A stretch of DNA of 55,656 bases from contig JBFLWF010000017.1 of the NCBI GenBank assembly GCA_040758355.1, positions 1 to 55,656 on the forward strand, read 5' to 3'. This DNA comes from Nitrospirota bacterium. GTDB lineage: Bacteria > Nitrospirota > Thermodesulfovibrionia > Thermodesulfovibrionales > Dissulfurispiraceae. A model generated the notes under the pieces. The model had not been told where the DNA came from, made no database searches, and saw only the letters and a list, made by a program, of their open reading frames with translations. Made by a program: the position numbers and the translations under genes. Of the stretch, positions 27,916 through 37,494 are shown in pieces (positions within the stretch are counted from its first letter, which is position 1; each line of letters opens with the position of its first letter).

Positions 27916-30423
27916 TCATAGTGGTTCTACCCATTCATTATTCCAGCCATAAAGGGCTGTTCTGGTTATTTCCAATTCATTCATACTCATTCCGAATATC
28001 GCCTCGGCAATCTCTCCGATTCTAACTTTGATATTATCACTATCTCTGAGAACTAATCTTGTCACCAATTCATTACTTTCTTCGAAAGTCTGCACATCCT
28101 CTATGCATGACGATATATCGACATCCTTCCCATCTCTCTTGACAATAATAGGAGCAGGTTTTAAATTACCCATGACCCATAACCCTTGACCCTTGACCCT
28201 GTATTCATACCTTTTAATAAAGCTGTTCAACGAAGGGGCATCTATCGGAATTACTTTCATCTTATTTATCCTTATTCCTCCGTCATCCACAGCAGGCATG
28301 GTGGCATTCAATTCCTTTATATAGAATTCTATATCAAAGGGGGTAAAAACCTCCATATCAAAGTATTCCCTTTCGCCTGCCACCCCGACGCTCAGTGGAG
28401 GGCCAAAGGAAACCTTTGGAGATGGATGAAAACCCTTTGAGAAGTCAAATGGCACAGATGCCCTTCTCAATCCTCTAAGTATAGCAGTTACAAGTTCGAG
28501 ATGGGAAAGATAACGCAGTTTGCCTGCCTTTGAGAACTGGATGCGGACTCTTATTTTTTGATGGTGAATGGGTGAATGTGCGGATGGGTAAATGGGTTGA
28601 TGTTCAGAAGACAAATTCAACTCGCAAACTGACCGATTCCCCGATTCACCAAATTCTCTGCATTTTAATCCGCATGCAGTGCAGACCCTTCTGCAGTCCT
28701 GCGTTCTTTCTTCTGTCAATGCCCTTTCGTATTCTTTATATAAAAAACTTTTCTTGATTCCTGTATCTATGTTATCCCATGGAAGGCTTTCATCTTTGCC
28801 AAAACCCCTCTGTGCATAGAATGAACCGTCTACACCTGTCTTATCCATTGCATCGAGCCATTTATTGAGATCAAACATTTCAGACCACCCATCCAGCCTG
28901 CAGCCCGATTCCCATGCCTTCTCTATAAGCAGTGAAAGTTTTTCGTCTCCTCGTGCAAAGACAGCTTCGAGAAAACTCATGTGTTCATCATGCCCTTTGT
29001 ATTTGAATTTTTTGCTGCTCAGCACATCCTTCAGATATTTTTGTTTCCTTTTTATCTCATCAAGACCTATCTGTCCGTACCACTGAAATGGCGTGTGGGG
29101 CTTTGGAACAAAGGGAGAAACCGTTATGCTTATGTTTACAAATCTTCCAGTATTCTTCTTTGCCATGTGCAGGGCCTTCATAGCCATGTCCCTGATTGCC
29201 TCTATGTCTTCATCCGTTTCTGTTGGAAGCCCTATCATAAAATAGAGCTTAAGACTCAGCCAGCCCTCATTAAAAAGTGCCTTTAATGCATTCTCATAAT
29301 CATCATCGCTGAAATCTTTGTTTATAACGCTCCTCAATCTCTCAGTAGCTGCCTCAGGAGCCATGGTAAAACCGGTTTTTCTTATTGACTTTATCTCCTT
29401 CAATACATCCTGATTCACAGCACCAACCCTCAGGGATGGCAGCGAGATCGCTATCTTTGATTCACCGAACCTCCTGTTGCATTCTCTTATCACGCCGAGG
29501 AGGTGGCTATAATCACCGGCACTCAGGGAGGTGAATGATGCTTCATCATAACCTGTGTTTATCAGCGACTCTTCAGCAATTCTCAATACATTCTCTGGAC
29601 TTCTCTCCCTCAAAGGCCTGTAGATCATTCCTGCCTGACAAAACCTGCAGCCCATTGTGCATCCCCTCGAGACCTCAATATTTATCCTGTCATGGACAAT
29701 GGATGCATAAGGCAAAACAGGCTTTACAGGATACGGCGCATTATCGAGACTTGAAACAAATCTCCTTTTCACGCTCGATTCGGATTTATGAATAGATGGC
29801 ACAAAAAAACCTTCAAGCTTGGAAATCTCTTTCAGTATCGTTTCTCTCTTCCGGTCGCCGCTAAGTTTCCACTGCCTTACAGCATCCACCAGTTCCACAA
29901 TTGCGTCCTCACCGTCACCGATTAGAAAGACATCGATAAAGGCAGACATCGGCGCCGGATTAACCGTGCACGGGCCTCCGGCTATCACAAGTGGAAAATC
30001 CTTTTTTGCATTAAACCTATCTCCTCCAAATCTATCTTCTGCTTTGAGAGGAATGCCTCCAAGATGGAGCATATTTAAAACCGTTGTGTACGACAATTCA
30101 TACTGAAGGCTGAAACCGACGATGTCAAAATCTTTTAGCGGTGCATGCGATTCAAGTGATGAAAGGAGGACATTATTCCTCCTCATGTATTCTTCGAGGT
30201 CTGTCCATGGAGAAAAAAAACGCTCGGCAGAAGCATGGGGCAATCGGTTGATTGCATCATAGAGGATCTTTAATCCGAGATGCGACATCCCGACTTCATA
30301 AACATCCGGGAAACACAATGCAACGCTTACATTCCCGGGAAATTTTTCATGAAATTTTTTCCCGTATGAATTAAGCTCACTATTTATATAACGGCTTGGC
30401 TTCTGGAAGGAAGAAAGATTCAC
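27916..30423 (-). CDS. TIGR03960-type radical SAM protein fused to DUF2344 (TIGR03936-like) domain
   Basis: KPSRY, FPDVYEVGMSHLG, RGCTMGCRFCQAG, PKPHTPFQW; then YLSHLEL, GFHPSPKVSFG. Confidence 0.9.
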   Translation of the reverse strand: MNLSSFQKPSRYINSELNSYGKKFHEKFPGNVSVALCFPDVYEVGMSHLGLKILYDAINRLPHASAERFFSPWTDLEEYMRRNNVLLSSLESHAPLKDFDIVGFSLQYELSYTTVLNMLHLGGIPLKAEDRFGGDRFNAKKDFPLVIAGGPCTVNPAPMSAFIDVFLIGDGEDAIVELVDAVRQWKLSGDRKRETILKEISKLEGFFVPSIHKSESSVKRRFVSSLDNAPYPVKPVLPYASIVHDRINIEVSRGCTMGCRFCQAGMIYRPLRERSPENVLRIAEESLINTGYDEASFTSLSAGDYSHLLGVIRECNRRFGESKIAISLPSLRVGAVNQDVLKEIKSIRKTGFTMAPEAATERLRSVINKDFSDDDYENALKALFNEGWLSLKLYFMIGLPTETDEDIEAIRDMAMKALHMAKKNTGRFVNISITVSPFVPKPHTPFQWYGQIGLDEIKRKQKYLKDVLSSKKFKYKGHDEHMSFLEAVFARGDEKLSLLIEKAWESGCRLDGWSEMFDLNKWLDAMDKTGVDGSFYAQRGFGKDESLPWDNIDTGIKKSFLYKEYERALTEERTQDCRRVCTACGLKCREFGESGNRSVCELNLSSEHQPIYPSAHSPIHHQKIRVRIQFSKAGKLRYLSHLELVTAILRGLRRASVPFDFSKGFHPSPKVSFGPPLSVGVAGEREYFDMEVFTPFDIEFYIKELNATMPAVDDGGIRINKMKVIPIDAPSLNSFIKRYEYRVKGQGLWVMGNLKPAPIIVKRDGKDVDISSCIEDVQTFEESNELVTRLVLRDSDNIKVRIGEIAEAIFGMSMNELEITRTALYGWNNEWVEPL

Positions 30424-30552
30424 TTTTTAAAATACCATGCAAAAAGAAGTTTAGGCAAGAAACGGAAATAACATCCCCATAAAAACATTAGACTCTGTAG
30501 ATATACAGAGCCTAATGTTTATCACCACTGTTAAATAAAAATTATGTAATTC

Positions 30553-30720
30553 TTATTTCTTAGCGGTGGTTTTCTTTGCAGGCTTCTTTGCTGCTGGCTT
30601 TTTTGCGGTTGTCTTCTTTGCTGCTGCCTTCTTTGCAGCAGGCTTCTTTGCTGCTGTCTTCTTTGCAGCAGGTTTCTTTGCTGCTGCCTTCTTTGTTGCT
30701 GCCTTCTTTGCGACTGCCAT
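30553..30720 (-). CDS. Histone H1-like AAKK-repeat basic microprotein (55 aa; absent from ORF track)
   Basis: MAVAKKAATKKAAAKKPAAKKTAAKKPAAKKAAAKKTTAKKPAAKKPAKKTTAKK*; RBS AAGGAGG. Confidence 0.85.
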   Translation of the reverse strand: MAVAKKAATKKAAAKKPAAKKTAAKKPAAKKAAAKKTTAKKPAAKKPAKKTTAKK

Positions 30721-30917
30721 TTTCATTCCTCCTTAAAATTTTGTTTTAGAAAATATGTTATGTAAATAATACATATTAATTTCAAAAACTTCAAGAAAAA
30801 TTAACATAAAAAAATTTAAATCACATATTAAACAAAAAAAACAAAAATTAAAATCATGATCTGGTTTTCGCGCAAACACTTGCTTTAATGTCAGCAAATC
30901 AAGTATTATCAATGCAT

Positions 30918-31015
30918 GGGAGTGCATAGGGTTCTGGTGTCCCTCCCGGACTTCAAATCCGGTGTTGCCGCCCAAAAGGTGGCAGGGTGGGTTCGATTCC
31001 CACACGCTCCCGCCA
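30918..31015 (+). tRNA. selC: tRNA-Sec (anticodon UCA)
   Basis: 98 nt; CGGAC-TTCAAAT-CCGG region with UCA anticodon, long variable arm, GTGGG-TTCGATT-CCCAC T-arm, GCCA end. Confidence 0.92.
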
Positions 31016-31027
31016 CTAAAAAAATTT

Positions 31028-33313
31028 ATGACTACTTCGCGATTCTCTTTTAAATCCTTGCCGGTTATATTTTCCATTACACTTTTTACGAGTGCCGGCC
31101 TGTTGTTTCTTATCGAACCAATGATAGCAAAAATGATCCTGCCCCTGTTGGGCGGAACCCCGGCAGTATGGAACACGTGCATGATGTTCTTTCAGGCCAT
31201 GCTTCTTGCCGGTTATGGATATGCACATCTCTTAAGTACTAAAGCAGGAATCAGCAAGCAGATACTCATCCAGACAATTATACTGATTCTTGCCTGCATT
31301 GTTCTTCCAGCAGGCATTTCGCATAAGCTGATTCCTTCAGGCGAAGAGAATCCGATTGCCAGCATACTCCTTATATTGTTGACCTCTGTTGGTCTGCCTT
31401 TTTTCGTCCTTTCATCCACAGCACCTTTGCTCCAGAAATGGTTTGCCAGCACGGGACATCCTTCAGCAAAAGACCCTTACTTTCTATACAGTGCAAGCAA
31501 CATAGGCAGCATTCTTGCCTTGATAAGCTATCCAATATTAATAGAGCCCGGACTTGCCCTTGCCGATCAAAGCCGTTTCTGGATGGCAGGCTATCTGACT
31601 TTAGGTATCCTTACTTTATGCTGTGCATATCTGACATGGAGGAATCTCTCTGTATGCCTTGGAAAGAATGAAAATACAGATGGACAGGATGTAACTGAAA
31701 CATGCATGCCTGATAGTTCTATAACCAACTTCAAAGATAGATTTTTCTGGACTATTCTTGCCTTTGTGCCGTCAAGCCTCATGTTAGGGGTCACAACCTT
31801 CCTGACAACCGACATTGCTGCCATACCGCTCTTCTGGATAATCCCGCTGTCGCTCTATCTTTTTTCCTTTATTATAGTCTTTGCAAAAATGCCTGACATG
31901 CTCCACAGGATAATGATCCGCATGCTTCCTGTCTCCCTCACTGTGCTTGTATTTCTGAATTATGCCGATACCGGAATGGCAAAATGGACTATCTTTGTTG
32001 TGCATCTGATTAATCTGTTCATTGTTTCCATGGTATTCCACGGAGAGCTTGTAAGGAGGCGGCCTTCAACAAAACACCTTACCGAGTTTTACCTGTGGAT
32101 GTCCTTCGGAGGTGTTCTGGGAGGAATATTCAATGCCCTTATTGCACCGGTCATGTTCAATACAGTCGCTGAATATCCCATTGCCCTGTTCCTGTCCGCC
32201 TTACTCCTTCCCTTGAGCAGCAAGGACATGCTGTATCCCTCGAAAGGCTGGCGCAGTATAAGTATTTATGCAGGATCGCTAATCTTCATCGGCCTGTTGT
32301 CATTCTATCTGATAACCAGATGGCCTGTAGGGAATCTAAAACTCGACTGGATAAACGAATTTCTCGGCATGGAAAGAGGGACTCTAAATTCAATCCTGAC
32401 ATATGGAATCCTTGCTTTGCTCTGTTTCCTTCTTGTCTTTTTAAAGAGACCTCTTTTATTCGGTATCGGCATGGGAACATTTATTTTAGGGGCAATGGTT
32501 TTTGGGGACTGGGACAAAGACATCGCATATCGGGAGCGGAGCTTCTTTGGTGTGCTTACAGCAACAAAAGAGTCCAGCGGAAAATTCATACGCCTTTCAC
32601 ATGGCATAACCCAGCATGGAAAACAGAGCCTCGATCCTGTCATACGCAGGGAGCCCCTCACCTACTACCACAGGCAGGGACCGGTAGGGGATCTGTTTTC
32701 CGAATTCAGCAGGCAGAAAAACAAGAAACGCATAGCGGTTATAGGGCTCGGCATAGGAACCATGGCGAGCTATGGAAAGCCCGGACAGGAATTCGATTTT
32801 TACGAAATCGACCATGTTGTTAAGCAGGTTGCAACCAACCCTGCCCTTTTTACCTATTTGCAGGACTGCAGGGCTGACTGGAAGATAATTTTAGGAGATG
32901 CAAGGCTGAAAATAGAAAGTGCTCCTGCTCACTATTATGACCTCATTGTGCTTGATGCATTTACCTCTGATGCAATTCCTGTGCATTTGCTGACAAAAGA
33001 GGCGTTCAGGCTCTATATATCAAAGCTCAATAAAAACGGCCTTCTGTTAGTACATATCTCTAACAAATACATCAACCTCCAGCCCGTGCTCGATAAGCTA
33101 TCTTCTGACACCGGACTCGTCAGCCGTGTCCGTAACGATGACGGAAATGACGAGATAGAAAAATATGGCTCGACATGGGTAGTCCTTGCAAGAGAGGAGG
33201 CAGATCTCGGAAGATTGGCCCGTGACAATCGCTGGAAGAATCTTGAGAAACGGCATTCCATCAGGGCATGGACCGATGATTTTTCCAATATACTATCTGT
33301 CTTTAAATGGTAG
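31028..33313 (+). CDS. Fused multi-TM / spermidine-synthase-like SAM methyltransferase
   Basis: Many TM helices (EPMIAKMILPLLGG, DPYFLYSASN); GLGIG, YEID, GDARL, LDAFTSD, WTDDFSN. The ORF-track start at 30962 lies inside tRNA-Sec. Confidence 0.88.
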   Translation: MTTSRFSFKSLPVIFSITLFTSAGLLFLIEPMIAKMILPLLGGTPAVWNTCMMFFQAMLLAGYGYAHLLSTKAGISKQILIQTIILILACIVLPAGISHKLIPSGEENPIASILLILLTSVGLPFFVLSSTAPLLQKWFASTGHPSAKDPYFLYSASNIGSILALISYPILIEPGLALADQSRFWMAGYLTLGILTLCCAYLTWRNLSVCLGKNENTDGQDVTETCMPDSSITNFKDRFFWTILAFVPSSLMLGVTTFLTTDIAAIPLFWIIPLSLYLFSFIIVFAKMPDMLHRIMIRMLPVSLTVLVFLNYADTGMAKWTIFVVHLINLFIVSMVFHGELVRRRPSTKHLTEFYLWMSFGGVLGGIFNALIAPVMFNTVAEYPIALFLSALLLPLSSKDMLYPSKGWRSISIYAGSLIFIGLLSFYLITRWPVGNLKLDWINEFLGMERGTLNSILTYGILALLCFLLVFLKRPLLFGIGMGTFILGAMVFGDWDKDIAYRERSFFGVLTATKESSGKFIRLSHGITQHGKQSLDPVIRREPLTYYHRQGPVGDLFSEFSRQKNKKRIAVIGLGIGTMASYGKPGQEFDFYEIDHVVKQVATNPALFTYLQDCRADWKIILGDARLKIESAPAHYYDLIVLDAFTSDAIPVHLLTKEAFRLYISKLNKNGLLLVHISNKYINLQPVLDKLSSDTGLVSRVRNDDGNDEIEKYGSTWVVLAREEADLGRLARDNRWKNLEKRHSIRAWTDDFSNILSVFKW

Positions 33314-33387
33314 AGGCTTTATAAAAATACTTGTTGAATTTCTTTTCAAAGCCTCCTAAACTTTTTATAGAAAGGAGGTGAGTCTTT

Positions 33388-33555
33388 ATGATGCTTGAAT
33401 TAAGCGACAAAGAGAAGGAAGTATTAAAACATGCCCTCGAGACTTATCTATCAGACCTGAGGGAAGAAATAGTAAAAACAGAAGGTCACAAATGGAAACC
33501 GCCGCTTCATGAGGAAGAGGATATAATAAAAAAGCTTCTTGAAAAAGTATCATGA
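33388..33555 (+). CDS. 55-aa hypothetical helical protein (absent from ORF track)
   Basis: Strong RBS AAGGAGGTGA; MMLELSDKEKEVLKHALETYLSDLREEIVKTE... Confidence 0.7.
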   Translation: MMLELSDKEKEVLKHALETYLSDLREEIVKTEGHKWKPPLHEEEDIIKKLLEKVS

Positions 33556-33606
33556 CAACAAACTTAAAGAGTGAGAGGATTATATCCACTCACTCTTTAT
33601 CCATTC

Positions 33607-34704
33607 CTATCTCAGGAGATGAACATTCCCTATTCTCACATTTTTAAGCCCCTCCTCATGAGCAACTCTAAGACAATTTTCTGCTAAAACTTTCTGTGTC
33701 AACGGCATGTCTGACATATAAAAATGGGGATAAAATGCAAGCAGGCTATACGGGATATCAGAATTTATTGATGCAATGAACCTTGCAATACTCCTTACTT
33801 CATCTTCGTCAATATAGCCTGGCACAAGAAGGGTGCTCGCGATAAGAAGCGGGGGGACTGTTCTGAGGTTAATCTTCTCTCCAGCCCTTGAGAAATTTTC
33901 TAAGGTTCTTTTATTGGTGATTCCTGTTAATGCCTTATGAAGATTCTCATCCCATGCCTTTAAGTCAAACTTTATGCATCCTCCTGAATTAAGGGAAAGC
34001 TTTATCATCTCATCGAGCAATCCCTTATGCATAGAGCCGTTTGTCTCCCAGCATATCCGGAGGATTCTGTCCTTATTTTCTTCAACTGCGAGCTTTGATG
34101 CCCTAATGGCAAATGGAAGCTGCGGCGTTGGGTCGCCTCCGAAATAACAGATACAGGATGTCTTTTCATCGACATCCGAAACAAGTTCCTGCACAGGGAT
34201 TGTATAAGGTTTAAGGGTTTCCTGTCTGAAGTGCCAGTTCTGGCAGAAAAGGCAGTTGAATGAACATGCATGGAAGAATACCGCAAGATTTTTATATCCG
34301 TATTCAGGGCCTTTGGTATAGGCATATTTTGGATAGCCTGCTCCTGTCCCCCCAGGACATATCCAGTCTCCAACACAGTTTGTTGGCAATGGGTCGTGAT
34401 ACCATGAGAGCTTTCCTTCTTCTGGAGATACGCCGATGAGTTTTCCGCCTTCATTTCTCCTTAATCCGCAGTATCCCATCCCACCTTCAGGGATTCTGCA
34501 CTCATTCACACAGATATTGCATGGAAGGCCCTGGGGGTCCTTTGGCGGTCTTTCCGGCAATCCAAAGACAGCCCTGCTTTTTGCGTGAGCCTGCATCGCA
34601 ATTGGAAGGGCACCATCGGGTCTTTCTCTTATGCATTTAAGGCATACTCCTATTTCTTTTGAAATAAAGTCTGAAGTAGTATTGCATAAGTTACACTGTG
34701 CCAT
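33607..34704 (-). CDS. Radical SAM protein, PflA/AmmeMemoRadiSam-like
   Basis: CSFNCLFCQN, FGGDP, ETNG, FDLKA, VRIGN; extra N-terminal Cys motifs. Confidence 0.88.
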   Translation of the reverse strand: MAQCNLCNTTSDFISKEIGVCLKCIRERPDGALPIAMQAHAKSRAVFGLPERPPKDPQGLPCNICVNECRIPEGGMGYCGLRRNEGGKLIGVSPEEGKLSWYHDPLPTNCVGDWICPGGTGAGYPKYAYTKGPEYGYKNLAVFFHACSFNCLFCQNWHFRQETLKPYTIPVQELVSDVDEKTSCICYFGGDPTPQLPFAIRASKLAVEENKDRILRICWETNGSMHKGLLDEMIKLSLNSGGCIKFDLKAWDENLHKALTGITNKRTLENFSRAGEKINLRTVPPLLIASTLLVPGYIDEDEVRSIARFIASINSDIPYSLLAFYPHFYMSDMPLTQKVLAENCLRVAHEEGLKNVRIGNVHLLR

Positions 34705-34774
34705 TATCTTACTCCTAATGCAACTATATCAGGGTATGTTTTGGTGGTCAATACTAAAAGTGTTAAAATAAATT

Positions 34775-34969
34775 ATGTTTTACGATGATTCAACCATAAG
34801 ATTCAGCGATGAAAAGGGTTTTGGAGAATCCTATTACATCCTCTGCCCTGTGTGCTGGAACTCGGGCATAAAAGTGACACGCTGGGAAGACGGCACAGAG
34901 GATATAACAGATTGCGCTGTGTGCGAAAGGATGGAAATGTTGATGGATGCAGGTCAATATCTTTTGTGA
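34775..34969 (+). CDS. Small CxxC...CxxC protein
   Basis: CPVC and CAVC; extended -10 box directly upstream of ATG. Confidence 0.6.
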   Translation: MFYDDSTIRFSDEKGFGESYYILCPVCWNSGIKVTRWEDGTEDITDCAVCERMEMLMDAGQYLL

Positions 34970-34981
34970 TATAAATAGATT

Positions 34982-35254
34982 ATGGAAAGACAGGAAATAC
35001 ACATAAAAGAGATAAGGGAACTTGCAAAGAAATTTACTCCAGAACAGATAGAAAGTTGTATTGCACAGCAGATGCATGAAGGGGCAAATATCTGTGACAT
35101 ATCAGGGCCGACAGAATATGTGATAAATGAACTGTCCAAAGCAGGGTTCGTAAGGGATTTGATGGATAAAGGAATGTCAATGTCCGATGCAGTGCGAGAG
35201 CTTGCAAAGAGGATACGCCTTGTGCAGATGGCATTTAAAGAGGAGAAGGAATAA
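34982..35254 (+). CDS. Hypothetical protein
   Basis: 90-aa ORF with protein-like composition; -10 box upstream. Confidence 0.7.
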   Translation: MERQEIHIKEIRELAKKFTPEQIESCIAQQMHEGANICDISGPTEYVINELSKAGFVRDLMDKGMSMSDAVRELAKRIRLVQMAFKEEKE

Positions 35255-35275
35255 GAGGAGAGTTAGAGGCAGCAA

Positions 35276-35492
35276 TGCACATGGCGCACCCTTGAGATTA
35301 ATCATCCCTCCAAAGTATGGATACAAGAGCATAAAGACAATCGTCAGACTCGAATTTGTCTCAAAGAGCGGAGCCGGCTACTGGTCACAATTCGGCTACT
35401 CTCCTGATGCAACCATCCAGCCCGGAGAGGATTATCCGCTGGATATCGGAAAATCGATGGAGATTAAGAAGCCGGGGGAATTGGAGTATTGA
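35276..35492 (+). pseudogene. C-terminal fragment of a molybdopterin-dependent oxidoreductase (sulfite oxidase/MsrP family)
   Basis: HGAPLRLIIPPKYGYKSIK...GYW motif with no N-terminal part. Confidence 0.75.
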
Positions 35493-35591
35493 AATCCATA
35501 TATCGGTCTGATTTTCAAAATAGCTTAATATCGCAGAACTCGCATATATTTGCTGTTGACAAACTTTCTTATTGGGTATATCATACCTTAT

Positions 35592-35879
35592 ATGAGCGTG
35601 GAACTGCTATTTTACCGGAAAAATGTCGAAACAAACGGCGACATTGTTGAAATGAAGATATGGCAAGTGCCGCACTCAAAGGAAAAGCCACATGGGCTAA
35701 AGTATTCTCTTGTTTATGTGCGAGAGGGCAAGAGAATAATAGGATACGATAATGCAGAAGGCAAAGGAGACCACAAACACTATAGAAACAAAGAGTATCC
35801 GTATCGATTCAATGATGTGGATACTCTAATAAAGGACTTCTACGACGCTGTAGAAAAAGCAAAGAGGGGTGGACTATGA
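35592..35879 (+). CDS. DUF6516 (TumE-like) putative toxin
   Basis: EMKIWQVP...PHGLKYSL...GYDNAEGKGDHKH; TTGACA-17-TATCAT promoter. Confidence 0.82.
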   Translation: MSVELLFYRKNVETNGDIVEMKIWQVPHSKEKPHGLKYSLVYVREGKRIIGYDNAEGKGDHKHYRNKEYPYRFNDVDTLIKDFYDAVEKAKRGGL

Positions 35880-36250
35880 AGGTAAAAAAAATAGACATAG
35901 GCATTAAAGGACTGAAGGAGAGTCTGAAAGATTTTGCCGAGACGTGGAAAAAACTGGAAAATGGTAAAAAGGTTAAAAAAGAGGAAGGGATATATTTTGA
36001 CTCCATAGATACCATGAGGGCAGTTCTTACAAATAACAGGCTCTTAATCCTCAAAACCATAAGAGAACGCAAACCCAACTCTGTATATGAACTGGCGAAA
36101 ATGTTAGGCAGAGACCTGAAAAATGTAAATCAAGACCTAAAACTGCTTGCTGAAATAGGACTTGTTACACTCGAAAAAGCCGAGACCGACAAAAAGAGGG
36201 TTATTCCTCATGTAGATTACGGAAAAATTCTGCTGGAAATTCCTGTTTGA
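35876..36250 (+). CDS. HVO_A0114-like HTH protein, putative antitoxin
   Basis: LTNNRLLIL...PNSVYELAKMLGRDLKNV; 4-nt overlap with the upstream gene. Confidence 0.82.
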   Translation: MKVKKIDIGIKGLKESLKDFAETWKKLENGKKVKKEEGIYFDSIDTMRAVLTNNRLLILKTIRERKPNSVYELAKMLGRDLKNVNQDLKLLAEIGLVTLEKAETDKKRVIPHVDYGKILLEIPV

Positions 36251-36254
36251 TTTA

Positions 36255-36344
36255 TGGCGGAGGGGGAGGGATTCGAACCCCCGGTAGAGTTGCCCCCACA
36301 ACGGTTTTCAAGACCGCCGCTTTAAACCGCTCAGCCACCCCTCC
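36255..36344 (-). tRNA. tRNA-Ser (anticodon UGA)
   Basis: GGAGGGGTGGCTGAGCGG...CTTGAAA...long variable arm...GGTTCGAATCC...CGCCA. Confidence 0.95.
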
Positions 36345-36469
36345 AGAGAATTAGCTATTTTATCAAACTTCAAACAGAAAATTCTATAAAAGCCTTGCCC
36401 TATAAAATGGGAAATGTTAATCTCTAATAAAACATCCCCAAGTTGCAAGATTTTTCGAACGGAGGTTAT

Positions 36470-37012
36470 ATGAAAAAACTGACAAAATACTTTTTCGAGG
36501 GTCTTTTGTTTCTGGTTCCTTTAGTAGCAACAATCTATGTTATTTATCTCGTATTTGTAAAGATCGACAGACTATTTAAGTTCGAAACACCCGGCTTAGG
36601 ATTCGCTTTCACTATATTGCTGATAACCGCAATAGGCTTTATTGCCTCTAATTTCTTCACACGGTGGCTGGTGCTTTTAGTTGATAAAATATTCAGACGT
36701 TTGCCCCTCGTAAAAATGATTTACACTTCTATAAAAGACCTTATAGGCGCATTCGTCGGCGAAAAGAAGGGTTTCAATAAGCCTGTATTGGTAACCCTTT
36801 TGCCAGGAAGCAATATTCAGGTTATAGGCTTTGTTACGCAAGAAAACTTGGACAACCTTGGATTAATAGATAAGGTTTCTGTCTATCTTCCCCAATCTTA
36901 TAATTTTGCCGGAAATCTTATAGTTGTTCCTAAAGAACAAGTCATCCCTATAGATGCAGAAAGCGGGAGTGTGATGGCATTTATTGTATCTGGAGGCATA
37001 ACAGCAAAATAA
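36470..37012 (+). CDS. DUF502-domain membrane protein
   Basis: Two TM helices, LPLVKMIYTSIKD, IGFVT, VYLPQSYNFAG, FIVSGG. Confidence 0.88.
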   Translation: MKKLTKYFFEGLLFLVPLVATIYVIYLVFVKIDRLFKFETPGLGFAFTILLITAIGFIASNFFTRWLVLLVDKIFRRLPLVKMIYTSIKDLIGAFVGEKKGFNKPVLVTLLPGSNIQVIGFVTQENLDNLGLIDKVSVYLPQSYNFAGNLIVVPKEQVIPIDAESGSVMAFIVSGGITAK

Positions 37013-37013
37013 C

Positions 37014-37448
37014 CTACAATTTCAGCAATACCATATTCGAAACCGGATCAAGCTCCCTGACTGCATTCACGCCCTTTATCTCAATTATTATCGCCTCAAG
37101 GACAAGGAATGTCTCTGCATTTTCCCTTACGCAGCCTACCCTCACATTATCCTTCTTTCCGAATGCTCCATGAAAATGGGCCTTTGGCTCATCGCCCTGA
37201 TAGAAAATAGTTCCAAGCCCGACAATCTCGTGGCTTTCGCCCAGCTCACGCCATATGGGGATAGGCGGCAGTTCTTCCTTTTCAGGGCCTACCACAAATC
37301 TGCCGCTCCTCATGCCTCCAACAAGATAGAATACGCCAGCCCTTATATTTTCCTTCTTTGCAATCTCACCGAGTCCCTGCAGGATATTGTCCCTGTCCTC
37401 AAACCTCGCAACAACAATCCTACCTGTCTCACCAACCCGATACTTCAT
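37014..37448 (-). CDS. PPC/DUF296-domain protein
   Basis: EIVGLGTI...HFHGAFG...FLVLEAII. Confidence 0.85.
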   Translation of the reverse strand: MKYRVGETGRIVVARFEDRDNILQGLGEIAKKENIRAGVFYLVGGMRSGRFVVGPEKEELPPIPIWRELGESHEIVGLGTIFYQGDEPKAHFHGAFGKKDNVRVGCVRENAETFLVLEAIIIEIKGVNAVRELDPVSNMVLLKL

Positions 37449-37494
37449 ACTTCCTCCCATATTTCAACCTGAATTCCGTAAGTATTGCTTAACA

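Noticed and set aside
30553..30720. 15-bp periodic repeat as a CRISPR array or VNTR
   Set aside because: No unique spacers; the periodicity is explained by an in-frame xAAKK protein with an RBS.
30962..31027. N-terminal extension of the 783-aa ORF
   Set aside because: Overlaps tRNA-Sec; ATG 31028 is the plausible start.
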